Shown in pieces: positions 1 through 16,400 of a stretch of DNA of 64,000 nt. Each line of letters opens with the position of its first letter. Positions within the stretch are counted from its first letter, which is position 1. The stretch spans positions 6,897,648 through 6,961,647 of the forward strand of contig NW_002060947.1 of assembly GCF_000150275.1 (NCBI RefSeq). Reading direction: 5' to 3'. The notes under the pieces were generated by a model. That model did no database searches and was not told where the DNA came from. It was given only the letters and a program-made list of their open reading frames with translations. The position numbers and the translations under genes were made by a program. The stretch is from Trichoplax adhaerens (Eukaryota; Animalia; Placozoa).

Positions 1-3000
1 AGTTATAATACACGATTAACAACAAATACTTTTAAGTATCATAAGTAATTATTGACGACAAAACTAGGTCGTAACATGTATACTGCATATACGAGCACAT
101 ATAATTGTAATGCAAATGGAATAACCATCGCATCTATTCTCTTGATATGAAGCATTACAATAAAATCTGTTAACCAACAATCTCTCTATAAATTTAATAT
201 TAGTTTATGTGATGGCGAATACTATAAAGGAAATGCTAAATTGTCGAATAAATCTTGTATGTGGGAATAGAATTGAATGAAACCTTCAATAGATATAGAT
301 TTGATTCTGCAAATAATGATCATTAAATATCAGTAATTGTTTCGATAGCGTTAAAGCGAGTTTTTGCTGGCGATAGCTTCATTTCCAGTGTCTCGTTTTC
401 ATTTTCATACCCTTGCTAGGATGGGAATGTTTAATTAATTAATTAGTAAATCTAATTCAATTTTATTCTAACTAGTATGACGATAGAAAATATACCAATT
501 AGAAATAGCATTTCATACTGAGACGCTGTTAACCTTCGTCACATTTATAATTAGAAATTGTTGTATAAGCTTGAAATAGCCAATTGGAATGTAGCACTAT
601 GCAAATTTAACGAAATTAATACTGAGTTTCGAATGAAATCAATTATTTCCTTCAACTATAATGCTGACAGAGCTAGTAGCAATTTGAAATTATAGTAATA
701 AACATCTATCAATATCATGAAGAAATTACTCGTCATGGAATATTTTGCAAGTCAAAACTTTGGTCCGAAATAATCATAACTTCAATAATTTTATTCAAAT
801 GTAAGTTAGAGTAAGGCTATACTGATTGACCATTCATTAACTTCAATAGTATTGATAAATTCCAAATAATGTTCAGATGACTCATTCTTGAAGAGGAAAT
901 TAGGATGAAAGTGCAAAATACGTATTTCAGTATATCAGAGTAATCAAATTACTTAGCTAAATACCACAATTAATTATCATGGCCAGTTGATGGGAACAAT
1001 GATAAATGCAATTTACATCCATTAAAATGCCAATTTATTAAGTAGTATTATGACTGTCGTAATCTTCGCTAGTCACAGATCAAAATATTACAAATCGTTC
1101 GGATTAAGTTCACAAATAGTTAGAATTAGTAGAAATGGTACTGGGATAATAAATTCTTATTTGCAATTGAGAAGATAGAATGACCTTAGAGTTGCTATAA
1201 AGAGCATTTACAGTTTGTTACTTTTTTGTTTACTAACAATCGATATATTTTAAATTTTACTTTAGCCCATTGTGAAAGTTATAGTTAAAGTTATGACATA
1301 TTAAGAATTGAACCAAAAGATTTTGAACTATCTCAGAAATTTTAGAAATCATAAATGCGGGTCCGTTCATGTTTATTTAATAAGGATTAAGTTCCCTAAA
1401 CGGTATTATAGATAAAGTTTGCACCGTCATTATGTTGCATAAAAACAATCCCTCCCCAGTAGTGTAGCAAAGCTTTATATCAATTTTCTGTTCTACGACG
1501 ATGGAGTACATGAAAAGAAAATGTTGTGTATTGAAGGTAAATAGCAATATAGATCATTGTTATCACGCCATTTTCCTTGTTAAGACTGAGAAAATGACAG
1601 TCGCACAATTCCGCTTCAATAGCGAAATTTTCGATTCTAACAATAAAAAGTAATAGATTATTCTTTGGAGGTCACGGGATTGCAAAATTATATTAATATT
1701 GCCTACTGTGATAAGACGTAACCTCGCGTAATATTTGCTTTACTTTCTTGATGTCCTGAAGAAATGGATACAAGGGAATAAATATCGAAGTTTAATCTTG
1801 CTATAGCATAATCTATCTTACATTATGAATTATTGATCAAAAAATTCAATCTTGTTTATAGTTATCAAGGTCATTAACATTATTTTGATATCAGAATTCC
1901 TTAATAATTTAATGCATTCAAAACATCTGCTTCCATTAAATATGAAACGCGTCCTAAGTATATTTTTAACTGCTGTAGTGTTAAAATTAATAACAATTCT
2001 TTCCATTGTATTAATCCCTAGCCTGTATTGAATTAACGTTCTTATTTCGTCATATCGAAAATATACCTGCGATAATACTACTACATTTAGTTTATTTTAT
2101 CTTTCTCCCTATTGTTTCAATTGCCTTCAATGTATTTTATCTTCCGTTCACATACTAATAATTAAACAGATCTAAAAAATAGCCATTCAGATATCAGTGA
2201 TCTGTAGTTTTTCCGTTTTTGTTATTACAGAATCCAACATTCGTCCGCCATTATCGCCACAACAATTAGCGAAGGCTAGAGGTGTCGGAGAAGTCTAACT
2301 GAAAAATTATTTCTAATCCATGACGCGTTCGCTGCTACCAATATCGCTAATAAAATTAGACTAATTATTAGTGGGAATTTGGTGCAGTACTAAAGAATTA
2401 CTTAAAGGACTGGAAAATATTTTATTTAATGTTCAATATTGATTAAATTGAATGACCGATTTTATTATCTTATCTTTCCGATCCTCTATTTGGTCATCTC
2501 GTTGGATAAACAAGTCACTAAAAATATATTATATCGAAATTTGCATCCAGTAAACCAATCTACGTAATATATAGTCTATCGTAAGTACTATAAGTTAAAC
2601 TAATAATGATGCTAATCTGCAATTAAATTTCGAAAGAGTTCTTAATAATGGAGCAATTTGTTTTTAAGCCATTAATTACTATCCATTTTGGGATTATGCA
2701 TTATGAGATTACGATCGTATTATTACTAACAACGCATACTATACACTTAAACTTATTTTTTGAGTCATCATCGTCCGTCAACCTTCATACTAGTTGATAT
2801 TAATTTAAGAATTGGATGGCCTTTGACTATAATATTTCTATCGAGTCTCGATTACCAATAATTATAACCATTAGTATAAATTGAGTCAAAAAATTAGTCC
2901 ATATCGCAGCCAATTGACAAGAAGAAACAATCGTAATGCTATCCAATTTCTTAAAATACGACATACACGTACCCGTTCGTAAAACTTTTACCTAGGATAT

Positions 3001-6000
3001 TTTGTGGACATTGCATGGTAATTGTTCCAGTTACAAACTGCACTATTAGCAATAATGGTAGATGACATAGAATGATATTACTAGGCTAATTAATCGTGCT
3101 AGTACCTATCATGACTTGTCGGCTATGATGTTAACTATTCCTCTACTCTTCTTTACTTTTAAGAAAGATTGAGTACGCAATTGTTTCCGCCTTAGAGCTT
3201 ACATAGATTAGTTGGTAACTCGTATATTAATCCATAATCTCGCTGTTAAGCATTAATGTCCAATATTGAATTTTTAATTTAACGAATTTGATCTATAGTA
3301 CTCCATGCAGGATTAATTATGGACGATGCTCACATACTAATGATACCATTTATACGAACGCTCTATGCTGTGAAGCAAACAACTATGATTTGAACAACTA
3401 ATAGATTTACGATTCATCTAGAATCTAATTGTAGTTAGACTAGACACCACTGGTACTTAATAGATGTTTTCTCTCAATTTTTAACGATTTTGGATATAAA
3501 CTCATAGCAACCTTAACTTTCAATGTACTCCCGGGTCTTACAAACATTTTAACAATGGCAATTTTTAGGCCCTGGCACTTAAAAGTACTATTTTGATACA
3601 AATTGATTTTAAATCGTATAATGTTATCAATCTTCATCGCACTAATATAAAAGTACATACTTATGTCGCACATTATGTTAGAGTTACGGCTAATAACTTA
3701 GTATATCCAGTTGCATTTAAGCTAGTTGCTTTTATTAAGAACCCTTTAAATTTGCTAATGTAGTTAAAATAATTATTATACGAACATAAATTGGCATTTT
3801 CTTGTCTAGAGATCCAAAATGATCAGACTGTTTCTCATATCATATCTAAAGTCTTCGTAATATCTTGCTATAGCATGGTAGTACGGCTATAGCGATGTAA
3901 GGTCATTATGTCACTTGCGACTTCAGTTCGATGGAGATAAAGGATAGTTTAACGCATTTCGTCGCCTATGTAAATCCAGGAGAAAAATGTTTACTTTAAA
4001 GTAATAGCTTAGTCGCGTATTATTACTTGAAGGCAAACACTTTTCCTGTCGAACGGATAGAATTAATGATTCCATAGTATACGCTTCTTTAACATATCAA
4101 GTTGTTTCCAACCTAAAAGTATTTTAATTTTTTTCTCGTTTTCATGCATAGTTGTAAGCATTATTTAGAATCCTTGTATCTTATTCTTGACTTCTATGTC
4201 TAATACACTGTATAGTTAACATGAATAATTGCAAGTAATCCCTTGTTACGCTTTTTCATGCTTATTTTAATCTTGCAACCATCTAACTATTTTGGCTATG
4301 GCACAAGTATTACTGTAAATAGCCTACAGATGTTTTATCACTTACTATTAAATACGTTCTTATTGGAACGATATCTACAGATGATTTTCCATTGATCATC
4401 TCAGATTTCGACAAATTTGAACAATCAACGTAAAGATTAGCCGAGTGCTATAGTCAATTAGCTAATTTTATTATTTTTCCTGATCCCTACGCCCTCTGTA
4501 TTTGTATCATTAGCTTCCATGAGATTTTACTGCTCGATTTATAAGTAGTCAAATTATGAAATTACATTACTAACCTCTACTATCAGAATATCATTTCTGT
4601 ATAGCATTTCTTTCCGTTTAATGATATCGTAGGCGTACAAATATTAATCAATGAACACTGTACAGCCTATCGCACCAATGATTTTTACTTAAAGTTGATG
4701 CTCTTTATAGGATTCAACTGTCGCGAGAGTTTCTTAAACTTTATCTATATCCAAATGAATACATTGCTGTAAAGCAGTGCCTTCCTGTAAGTTGAACGGA
4801 AGATCTAAGCAGTAATCAATAAAAATGCTAGTTTTTGATTATTTTCAGTACTATCAATTTCCATTTTTTTAATATTTGTGAACAGATTATTCTCTTTGGT
4901 ATTAATTTGCATGGGTACGAAGTAAAATGGTGTATTCATAATTGTATCATTATTCTATCTCTCAATATATTCTCTTTTCTTCATTTATTATTTTAAAAGC
5001 ATGATGTAACAAACTAATAAAAAATATCTAAATCACTTATATTTTATCACCCGCTGTCATCCTTAGCTTACATTAATCGGACGATGCTGTGTAATTATAA
5101 TAGATTGAAAATTCTGTAGGTATACCCCGAACTACCTTAATAATTGACATATGCTAAACCATTTATGTATTTAACTGTTTCATAATTAATTTATTGAGTA
5201 AAAGATAAAATAAGTTACTAGGAAATCCGCTATTTTATTGACTGTTGCAATTGGGCCGATTTATAAATGATATAATACCATTATTTATTATTTAGTGATG
5301 CAATATACAAGATGATTAATGTATTGATGTCATAATTACAATTATTCAATATACCTGACTAAAAATTGCAGGTAAACGGGACAATATATTTCTCTTCTCA
5401 ATTATATCGGTATTATTCGATTTCGGTATTGACCTAATCATATTAAATTAAATCTTTCATACGCTAATTACAGTTTTAAAGTTTGTAATTATAATCTCAC
5501 TTACCAACAGGTATAAGACTGCTATGTGATCTTGATATTTACCAGTAGCATCGCTATCATAACGCTACTGAATCGTTGGTTCGCTAGTAGGAATCAAAAT
5601 CGGCCTGTGTGTCTTTAAAAGTCAGATATCCGTATACGCGGAATTATCATATCGTTAAATATTATCTTCTCAGAATTGAATACTATAATTAGCTTAGAGC
5701 TATTGACAGTACTTTATTTTAAATCAATGGTAAGTACCTTAAGTATGATTTTATAATTGGAAATAACATTTAGTTTCATCGAGTTCGAACACTAATGTAA
5801 TAATAAAACTCAATGTTTCATTAAATTTCTCATTATATCATTGACATATTACCATAGATACCTGTCACCAATATACATATATTCTTCTCGTGAAAAAAAA
5901 TAAATCGGAAATATTTCTGAGTCTTCTGCTATCCCGAACTATTTATCAACATTAATTTCCCGTGAAAACTATGCACTTTCCCCTAAATTTCACATCAGAA

Positions 6001-7452
6001 ATGATAAAATAGCGAACTCTCTTTATTGTAAACGTAACTTGCTATTATACTTGTTATCTATATTCGCGAGCATCTACAGAGTATATATATACATATGTGT
6101 ACATGGAAATTAATACTAAAAAATGGCGTAGCTGGCGTATATGCTTAGATCAAAATTTGTTTCACTTTATGCTTTATTTTAAAATAAATTAGAACACGCG
6201 TATAACACGAGGCAGTCATGACCAGAAAACGATTTGACCTTTGAGCTCTCTTATAAATTAGGTATCTAACTAATTCTTTCGCCATTACTGGAAAATGGAT
6301 AAGTTTCACAATCTACATATAACCTAATGACAAGATATCAACTGCATAGCGATCTTTACAACATATTTATACTAAATGGTAGCCTTTAACACCGTAACAA
6401 TACCAAGAATACATAAGGACTAATAGCATCATGTATGTGATCAAACGTTTATAGTATTCCTAGCTAGTCCTTCGAAATAAATTTCTAACACAATCCAACT
6501 TTTATTATTGTAAAGCCAAAACAAACACATTGTAGGCTCTAAAATATTGTTTATAAATCTCATTGCGTTGGATCTTAGGGGCGGATTAAAGGGCGGGCCA
6601 CCCCAGTAAATAAACGACATGATGACTAGTGTGTAGACGATAAATTAATGTCTTACCTAACAATAAATAGTCATTATTCATTAATAATTACACAATCTTT
6701 CGACTTCTATGCCATGAATGTTACATATACTACTAATTTTATCAACAAAAGGAAGCAACATCCAGTTATCGTTTTAATATATATGCGATACATTTTAATG
6801 GTTAACTTACAAGAGTACAATATTTCTTTCTTATAGTTCTGTTTATTTATTTATTTAATAAAGAACGAATAGCTCGCTGCATCTTTATCCTTATTAATTC
6901 TATACGTCTGGATTTATTACTTTCGTATTCATTTAGGCAGTTAATGAAAATGAAACGTTAAATTTGACGTAAGGACAGATAAATAGGTGAAATTACGTGG
7001 ACGATATACCACCGTAAATTTAAAGATTATTTTTGAACTATATCCTACCGAAGGGAATAATCATTTATTGAAACTAGAATCCTAATCAACGCGAGCCAAT
7101 TACAGTATATATTATAACTCTTCTAACAGTATTTAAACGATCGTTTTCCATCTGAAGGCAGTATTTTATTTATTTTTATACTAATTGGATAACTCACCAA
7201 GTAAGGCTTTTGCAATTATTGCATATCAGACATAGAATTAATCATATTTCATAAATCTACTCTTGATTCTAGAAAGCACCTTAGGGTGCATGCATTTTCT
7301 ATAGAAAGTATCACAAATTATGCCGCTACATAAGCCGTGTAATTCAATATTGATTATATTATTCTTATATAGTATTGGATTATCAGGTTGTAAATTTGTC
7401 CAGACATCTCTACGAGCCAAAATATTGAACTACTAGAGCAGTAACCAACATC

Positions 7453-10400
7453 ATGTCATGGTCCGATATACCTCAAATTTGGCCAAAAAACTGGTGTCAT
7501 TGCTATGTATCATGCCTTGTTATCCTGTCTATAGCACAATGTAAGTTTAAATTGAGATTTAACGAATATTTAATAGAAAGATTCTATTGATTGTTTAACA
7601 CCATCGTTTTTAAGTTATGGTACCTTCAATTATTGTCTGTATTCTATATTCTATCATATTTTATCCCATTTTTGATATAAACATGAATAAACCTTAATAT
7701 TCCGTTCAATTTATAAATGTCAATAAAGTAAAACTTGCCGACTGCGTTGATCACTGCTACATTTCTACCTACTAGTAGGATTTATACGATTTTTACTGCT
7801 ACATTACTTAAAAGTAATTGATGCAATAGTATTATCGGCTTCTTGGCTGTAAGAACTTTGATAGACCCCAGTATATGATTCGAATTCGTATTGCGTTCCT
7901 TTTGCTGCTACTTTCGACTGTTACTACAAAGCTACTAAAGCAGTAAATCACTCAGTTGAAATAAAATATAGTAGCCATGGATGTGTTCGATTCAAATTAT
8001 AACATCTACTACCATACGGTATGAAATTGTTACTTTGCATTTTTCTGTGTATAGATAAATCTTTTTCGTCCAATCCATCTGTTGACTCGCTTTTAACTCT
8101 CAGTACCCAGTGATATTTATTATCTACAGTACCGTCACTAATACTTTCAATAATATCTAGACTCACTCTTATATTTTATGCTAAACTTTTCTTGTAACGT
8201 CATGCCAAGAATACAGCTTATTTTGCGATGCAGCAGTTAATTACTGTTCAATTATGTCGCCTATTTAGCTGCTATTTCTGAAAATCCCAAAGAAACCGTG
8301 AATGTACGTGAAGCTGGTGCAGTCAAACCATGCTTTACATCCATTGAAGACACAGAAGTTCAGAAACGTGAGTGATATTCCTTACCTAAAGTTAAAAATG
8401 AGCACAATTAAATAATAGCAGCTTATGCGAGATCTCGTGCTTTGTTAATACGAACTTGCAATCACTGACTTTGTAACGTTCAAGAATCTTTACTGCTATT
8501 AGAGTAAATTAAATTATTAAAAATTACAGCTCTTTAAATTATTAAAAATTACAACTCTTTATATACAGTGTTTTGCATTTCCTTAAAATTTTAAAGAAAT
8601 CAAAGTCTTTGTTGATCGTGACTTATAATACTATTTACAATTTTATATAGTAAATTGAATTGCTTCCACTAAAAGATATCTCAAATAGTAATTATTCATC
8701 ATTCTAGCTACATTTGTATCTGTTAACGAGGCGATATTTTTCATTTACGTAGGTGCTGAGAAATTCATATGTCCTGAAGACTATTTTCAATGCAATAATT
8801 TGAAGCGTGTTCCTTTTTATGTCCGGTGCGATCATAAGCCAGATTGCCTTGATGGTTCAGATGAAGAAATGTGTGGTAAGTAGTTAGCAGAAGGCTATGA
8901 TTTACAACTATAAGGGATTGTAAAGCGAGATGGGTTTAAATGGCTCTGCTTCTGGAAATTTTTAGAGCTACTTTTAAATTTAGTACTATCGCATTTACAC
9001 TATAATGTGTCTATGTAATTAATCCATGTACGTTCCTGTAACTAATATCAGATCATTAATATAGCATACGTATACTTTTCGTTTATGATCCAATATGTAT
9101 ATCTATAAATACATTTGTGTACATATTCCCCTAAAAATTGCAAAAAGGTTTTTAATATTGCATCAAACATGAAAATGATCTAGATTCTTGACCACATAGA
9201 TAGTGTATTCATAGTACAATTTCTAATAGCACTGGCAATACCGTACGTATTCTTGAATATTACATGACCTCTGAAAGTTTGGGTAATACATTCAGAAGGA
9301 TATATCTTAAGAATATAATAAGTGTATGATTTTATCGTGAAATACTCATAAGATTGTAATATCAAACTTATTATCGTTGTCGCCATAAATAAGTCTACAG
9401 GCAATGTAATAATAGCACCGAAATCGAATGCGGAAACGGACAGTGTATAAATCAAGCTACTGTATGTGATGGATTTGAAGATTGCCACGATAAAACAGAT
9501 GAAAGCAGATGTGGTAATGTTATTTTTGCTTTGAAATAGGTTACGATTCGTAGCAAGCATAATAAAAAACAATCTATGTACACTACTGATAAGCTACAAT
9601 GATGAACTTATTCGGCTGATTACTTTGGAATGGGTATTTAAGTTAATTGCATAAATCCGCAAATTGATTTATCAGTTACGCGTACTATTAATGTGTATTA
9701 AGGCCGATCTTAAGAACTTTGAAGCTATTTATTATTTACACCATTAGTTAACAAATTTATGTACTACGGCTACAACTGTTAGCGATCAACGCCTAGATTA
9801 TATAGTTGACGTTTTAAAATATGAATCTAACCTTGTTACTGATACTTCGCGCCATTGCATTTCTAGACTATCCAGAATGTTTACTTGGTAATTTTACTTG
9901 TATCATGGGCCAGTGTGTAGATATCGTAAAGCATTGCATGAATAAACATGACTGTTGGGACTCTCGAAGACAACAGAATTGCAGTAAGTTCAAAAATTTA
10001 AGTATTTTACGTCATTTAAATGGTTAAAAAAATGAGCAATTTCTAAAGCATAAAATATTAGTGCGAATATTTTCTTCAATGCACTAATGATTTAAAGTTT
10101 GTTTTATTACCGTTAAATTCATTTACCCGTAGATCTTATTTTAATTGCTTCAGTAAATTGCTTACATCTTAGGTAGAAGCTTTATTGACCCTTGGGGTTG
10201 ACAGAACGAATACTAATGTAGTTATACTTTCTGCTGCTATGATTTAATAGGCTGACGTCAAGATAAATTATTGTATTCATATACATTAGACTACTTTTTA
10301 AGTCTGTACTGCTTATTAATACAATTAATTTCTAGTACACCCGGAGAGTTGCAATCGATACTTAACTCAACGAAAAGGATACTTTGCAACACCAAATTAC

Positions 10401-13400
10401 CCTTATCCATATCCTGCCTTCTCCAAGTGTACGTACACTATCGCAACCGAAAGTACCACTAATGTTATTATTGCATTCGGAGTCGTGCAACTAACTAGCT
10501 GCGATAGCACACACCTACATGTTTTCGATCATATGGGAGAGCGTAGATTAGATTTCTGCGGATATGAAATTATTAAACCATTAATTTTACAAGGAACTAC
10601 TACAGTTGTATTTTCGACTGAAAGTACTATTACTAGCACAGGATTTCGTGCAACTTACTCTTTAATAACAAATCCAGGTAAGACTGAAAGCTAATTCGTA
10701 TGAATGAAGATTATTAAGATGTGTTGCAAAGCATTCGGAAGTAATATTGCAATTTTTGATTTGATGAAATCAGATACATATTTCGTGTTCATATTAAAAG
10801 CTTACCTTTGCTACTGTACGTAATTTATGCTGATGCATATTTGAACCTTATAGTACGCAGTTGTCCAGATGGTAAATTTCTATGCAATAGTGGAGTTTGC
10901 GTTTCGTCCACAGCTAAGTGTGATGGCATTCTTGACTGTCCAGATTGGTCAGATGAATTCGGCTGCGGTCAGTGATCTACATAAAAATTCATCAGTTTCT
11001 GTTTCCTAGAAATTAGAGAAATTAATAATACAACTTGTGTAACTCTTTCAACGCCACAATTTGTATAATATTAATTTATGCTATCAATTTATAATTTCTT
11101 TTAGATCAATCTTGTAATCACATCTTCACCTCACTATCTGGTATAATTACGTCTCCAAATTATCCATCGCCATATCCGATTCACTCTTTATGCAATTACA
11201 CCATTTTAATTGATAATGCACGATACCAGACCACTCTCAATTTTACATTTTATGATCTACGCGAAATTGATGATGTCATCCAGATATTAATTGCTGAGGA
11301 AAATGGCGATTACCAAACTTATAAAGTGAATACAAATATAACTTCTCAATCTAAAAGAAAAATTTTCAAGTTTCCATTACTTAACAGAGTTCGTTTACGA
11401 TTCAAATCGGACTATCTTAATTCTGGAGGTGGTTTTAAATTGATCTATACAACGCAAGGTTAGTATCTTTACGTTCGTAGTCATCACCTATAATGAATTA
11501 ATTTATTTGGAAACGTAGTTTGAATAAGCTTATTTACTACAAGCCATTAAGAACATAATTTCAATCGATTAATTTCAAGATTGCTAATTTCTTTGGATAC
11601 ATTAGTTGAGCCGTTTACTCATAGATTATAATACTTTGATAAATGATACAGAAAATCATAACCTGAAATGGCGATCCAAAAAACGAACAAATTATACAGA
11701 AAATCTTTGACAAGATTAAAATATTTTCGGTCTAGATAAGATTAGCAGCAAAATAAAGCTAAATTGTAAATAAAAGAATCGCGAAAACATGTAAAACATA
11801 TAAAGAATTATATGATATTGTAATATAGCATCTTGAGAAAGTATTCACAACTACAGAATTTAAAATGATATGATAGTTCATAAACAGCAATATGGCGTTA
11901 CAGTAGCTTTAATAGTAATGAATTTTTACAATGTTAATCCTACTAAAATGCAGGATTAACCTTTATTTTATTATTGAGACTAGTCCATTACCCGTTCAAT
12001 TGAACGGGAACACATACTACACAAAATATTACACTGAAACAAAATTCAGAGCTAGGTTATCATACTATGTATTAATTCGTTTTATAAATCTTTCTTAAGA
12101 TATCAAGAATATTAGTTTCCTTACATAAACTGAAAATTGAAGCTAATTTAATTACTAATTCTTTTTTTTTCGCTAGTTCCTTGCAAAAAAGAAATTATGG
12201 GAAATGGCATAATTACCTCACCAAATTACCCAGATAATTATCCAATAGGAGAATTTTGCATCTACACGATTAAAGCCTCAGCAAAGGCAAAATATGTAAC
12301 GTTAAATTTTACTTCGTTCCGCTTGGAATCCATATCTAGCGTGTATGGTTGTACCTATGACTATGTCAGCATATACGATGGAGACATAGAAGATCAAGAT
12401 CATTTAATTGGAACATTTTGCGACATTTATCCTGTTCCTAATATGCGATCAACTCACGATACATTGATCCTAGCTTTTAGATCAGATTATACTTTTGCAA
12501 GACCTGGATTTCATGCCATTATTAAAGAGCATGACCAAAATCCAGAAAGTAAGTGAGTGTATCGACGAAAAATGGAGTTAGGATATGATATTGATAATTA
12601 ATCATCCTATCAACCAACTATTTTTCTTGTATACCAGATTAGAAAAATGATATTCGCATTTGTTATAGGTTCATAAAATTACGCTGTACTATACTTGTAT
12701 AGAACACAACATATATATTCTAGAAATATTGCAGCTAATTATGAATATAATCATTTTAACATTTCATAGACTGTTCCTCCGTAACTTCAATCAACACAGT
12801 AGCTTGTCTTAGTGGCCAGATAATAAACGTGACAAGTGTTTGTGACCGTATCAAAGACTGTGATGATAACTCTGATGAACAATTTTGCAGTAAATTGAGT
12901 TCCAATCATTTAATTAAATTAAGAAAACACATTTATGAAACTTATTTAAATTATTTCACTTATTTTCAAACTGATTATCAAATATGACTAGATTTGGCAA
13001 ATTGCCTCGACGGTAATTTTACTTGCTTCATGGGTAAATGCATCAATTTCCATCAAAAATGCCAAAATCCCTTTTATTGCCGTTATAATCACAATTCCAG
13101 TTGTAATTGTTGTAAGTTGCAAGGCAGACCGTAATAGATTTTCTACATTAAATTAATTAAGATGACAGATATGTCGTACAGTACTATGATTAAATGTTAG
13201 AAAAATGTTATGAATTTCCGGTAAGGCATTAAACAGAAATAATTTCAAGTTAGCCTTTCCAGTAAAGAAAGTTCAAAAGTTTTGCTACCGTATATTAGAC
13301 TCTAACTTACATACTGAGCCCTCTCTTATTTTATATCTTGGCAAAGTGTACAACCGTTACAAGAATGTTCAAATCTTCGAACAAGATCATGGTATCATTG

Positions 13401-16400
13401 AAACGTCCGACCTGAGTGTACCTAATTCAAGTTGGCACTATATCATCCGAGTAAACTCAGGAAAGAAAATCTTGCTCCAGTTTGATGAATATATTCCCTA
13501 CAGTAATCTTAGCATCACGACATTTAAATTCTATGGCAATATCAACAATCTAACAGATAGTTTTACGTTTCGCACGTTGCGCATACCAAAGCCATTCCTC
13601 ACAACGGGTAATTTCCTCCATATTGAATTTATTTCCAAACCTCGCGCTGCTTATTTGAAATTGAAAGCAAAGTTTAGTGCTATCGATGTTCTAAACAAGG
13701 CGACTTGTAATGCTAACGAATACCAATGCAGCCTTAGCGGTAAATGTATTCCTCGAGATGCTATGTGCAACAACATTTATGACTGCGACGACTGGACTGA
13801 TGAATTATATTGTCGTAAGTTCCTTTCGTAAACTAGAGTCAGTTTTTAAACTGTCGATTAAAAGTGTAACATTAAGTAATGCTATTACCTGATTTAAGAC
13901 GTCAATTTTAAAGGTGATAGCCGTTCCGGGCATTTTACCGCATGCTGTAAAGTAGAATTTTGCTTTATAAGTAATAAGGCATTAATATTACCCTCAGCAG
14001 CCGTGATGACAATGGTCTAGTACTAATTCTGTTGTAAAACTCGCACGTCTCATTCGTTAATTAGACTTGGAGAAAAAATGAAATGTACCTTACCTGATCA
14101 GTAATATCTTTACATTGTATGATTCTTTAATGTACTATGGCGTAACCTCACTATAGCATCCTTGACAAACAATTTTTGTTAGGGTAACTGTTTACCCAAA
14201 ATCTAGATATGATTCGCATCATTGAATATTCTTAATATCTGTTGATTGTTTCATAGAAGATCTAGTAATTTACGTAGATTTAGAGAATTAAATCAGGTTA
14301 AAATTATCTTATGGTTCTATTATTATCTAGAAGCAAAAAATTGCTCTAAAACCTTTGAAGCCGTAAAAGGAACAATTGAATCTCCAAATTATCCTTCCAA
14401 TTATTGGAATAATCTCGATTGTACCTATACCATTATAGTAAATCCAGGCTACACGGTTGAAATTCGCTTGGATGAGCTAGATTTACCGAGAAAAGTTGCT
14501 TATAAGCATTCTAAAGATTACCTCACGGTCTATAAAAAAAATTCAACAGAAAGTTTAATCAGTTTTTTCGGTAAACTAGAAGATCTACCAAGAAAAGAAG
14601 CTGTTATTGATTATCATATTATGGTCATTAACTTTTCTACTGATTTACTGTACACTGGGAAAGGCTTTAAATTATCCTTCAGTCAAGGTAACTTGAGATC
14701 TAGTTTAAATCATTAGCTGATATTATTAAATCAATATCGAATTCAGTTAAGAGTATAATAAATATACCAGAATAGTGTGTAATCATGGCCAACGTTGTAG
14801 CTAAACCGTTTTGGCTCTTATATTGTTATCATCTAGGTGCCGAACAGTGCAATAAGAACTTTACCGGTGAAACTGGGGTAATAACTTCACCAGCATATCC
14901 AAACCGTTATCCTTCCAATATGGATTGTACATATGGAATTAATTTGCAAGTACGAGGATTCTATCTAGATTTTGAATACATATCTATGGAACCGTCTGCA
15001 ATCTGCAGCTATGATCATATAGAAGTTTCCCATATGCGACGTACATATAAGGAATGCGGAAATAAGACCAATTTTATGGAACAAATTCCGTCTAATTCAG
15101 CCCAGATATCGTTTTTTTCTGATATGTTCATCAATTATTTCGGATTTCTAGCCATGTATTACCCAGACAAAGGTAGGAATGAATAACATCATAATCTACA
15201 GTAGTTGCTGAAGTAAAGTACTGCTGGCTACTTTCAACACAGCTAAAAGGTAGCTTCTAGGAAGTGAACTGACTGTTTATTTCAATAGCCAACAGCTAGG
15301 AAAAATGCTAATATTTCGTTGCTGTCATATTGCATGAAATAATTGGATTCCATAGTTTTCTGTAGATACGGCCCTCGGAAAGATAAGCCGTATGATATTA
15401 TATTTATTACAGTTATATTTGAAATGTTGGTTAGGACAATCTTATATCTAAGAAATTCTTACCGTATATCCAATCGATGCTCTGATTCCATGTTTTAAGT
15501 TATTACCCTCTATAGCTACCTAATAGATATGTTTGTACTGTAAAAAATCGCTTACTATTAAAAACTATTAACAGCTTTTTCATTAATATTGTATGTTATA
15601 GCTCTACCAGATTGTCCCAAATGGGACGTATTAGAAGCTGGTAATTTGGCAAGTCCAAATTACCCATTTTATTATCAGGGCATTATCTATTGCCAATATA
15701 CAATTAATGTCCAGGAACAGGAGTTATTAAAATTAGAATTTAATGAATTGAAACTTGGAAGCTTTGGTAAATTGCCTTATGGTGCTCGAACTTGCAATAA
15801 TGGATACATCATCATTTCATTATTATCTAGACCGAAAGAATTTATTAAGTTATGTGAAAATTCAGCGATATCTCCTATACATGTTTATGGACAACCTATA
15901 AAGATAACCTTTAGATCGTTTAATAAAACCGTGCCATTCCTATTTAGTATTAAATATATAAAAGTAAAAGGTAACGCAAGAAATAAAATTGTAAATGCAC
16001 TATTGTGACTTACTAATTGACGTAATATCATTAGCATGACGTTCGCAGTGTAAGTAATATACCGTCATCCTTTTACTGCAATCATAATTCTAAAATTAGC
16101 GAGTGTTTTTTGGAGATCTTGTATCTGTCTCAACAATCGTAGTAATCTTGGATTTGAGCTTTTAATGTTTTCATAAAACACTGTACATTGCCTGAAACAA
16201 TAGGTTCTTTCTCTTTACAGTTTAATGGTATGCTTACGGTACGAAAACAAATCTACTAATTATGATAATCAAATTCTATCAGTTGAAACTAAAGATTTTA
16301 GCTACTTACAACACAATAGAAAAGAGAAAAGCATATTTTTTGTTAATCTATCACATAAGCTATAAAAGTGCTGTATATAATGAACTCGTAGTAATTATTG

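Noticed and set aside
6577-6604. Isolated GC-rich patch GGGGCGGATTAAAGGGCGGGCCACCCC (two GC boxes or a transposon end)
   Set aside because: Too short, no partner inverted repeat found, and ~850 nt from the putative LGR start, so a function cannot be supported.
1-7400. Possible hidden gene, tRNA or element in the long upstream region
   Set aside because: Only short AT-rich spurious ORFs; I could not identify exon chains, tRNA boxes or repeats by eye.
8511-8561. Short tandem duplication (AAATTATTAAAAATTACA.CTCTTTA x2) in LGR intron 2
   Set aside because: Ordinary slippage duplication with no evident function.
9180-9572. 130-aa minus-strand ORF
   Set aside because: Antisense to an LDLa exon and AT-rich intron; no recognisable motif.
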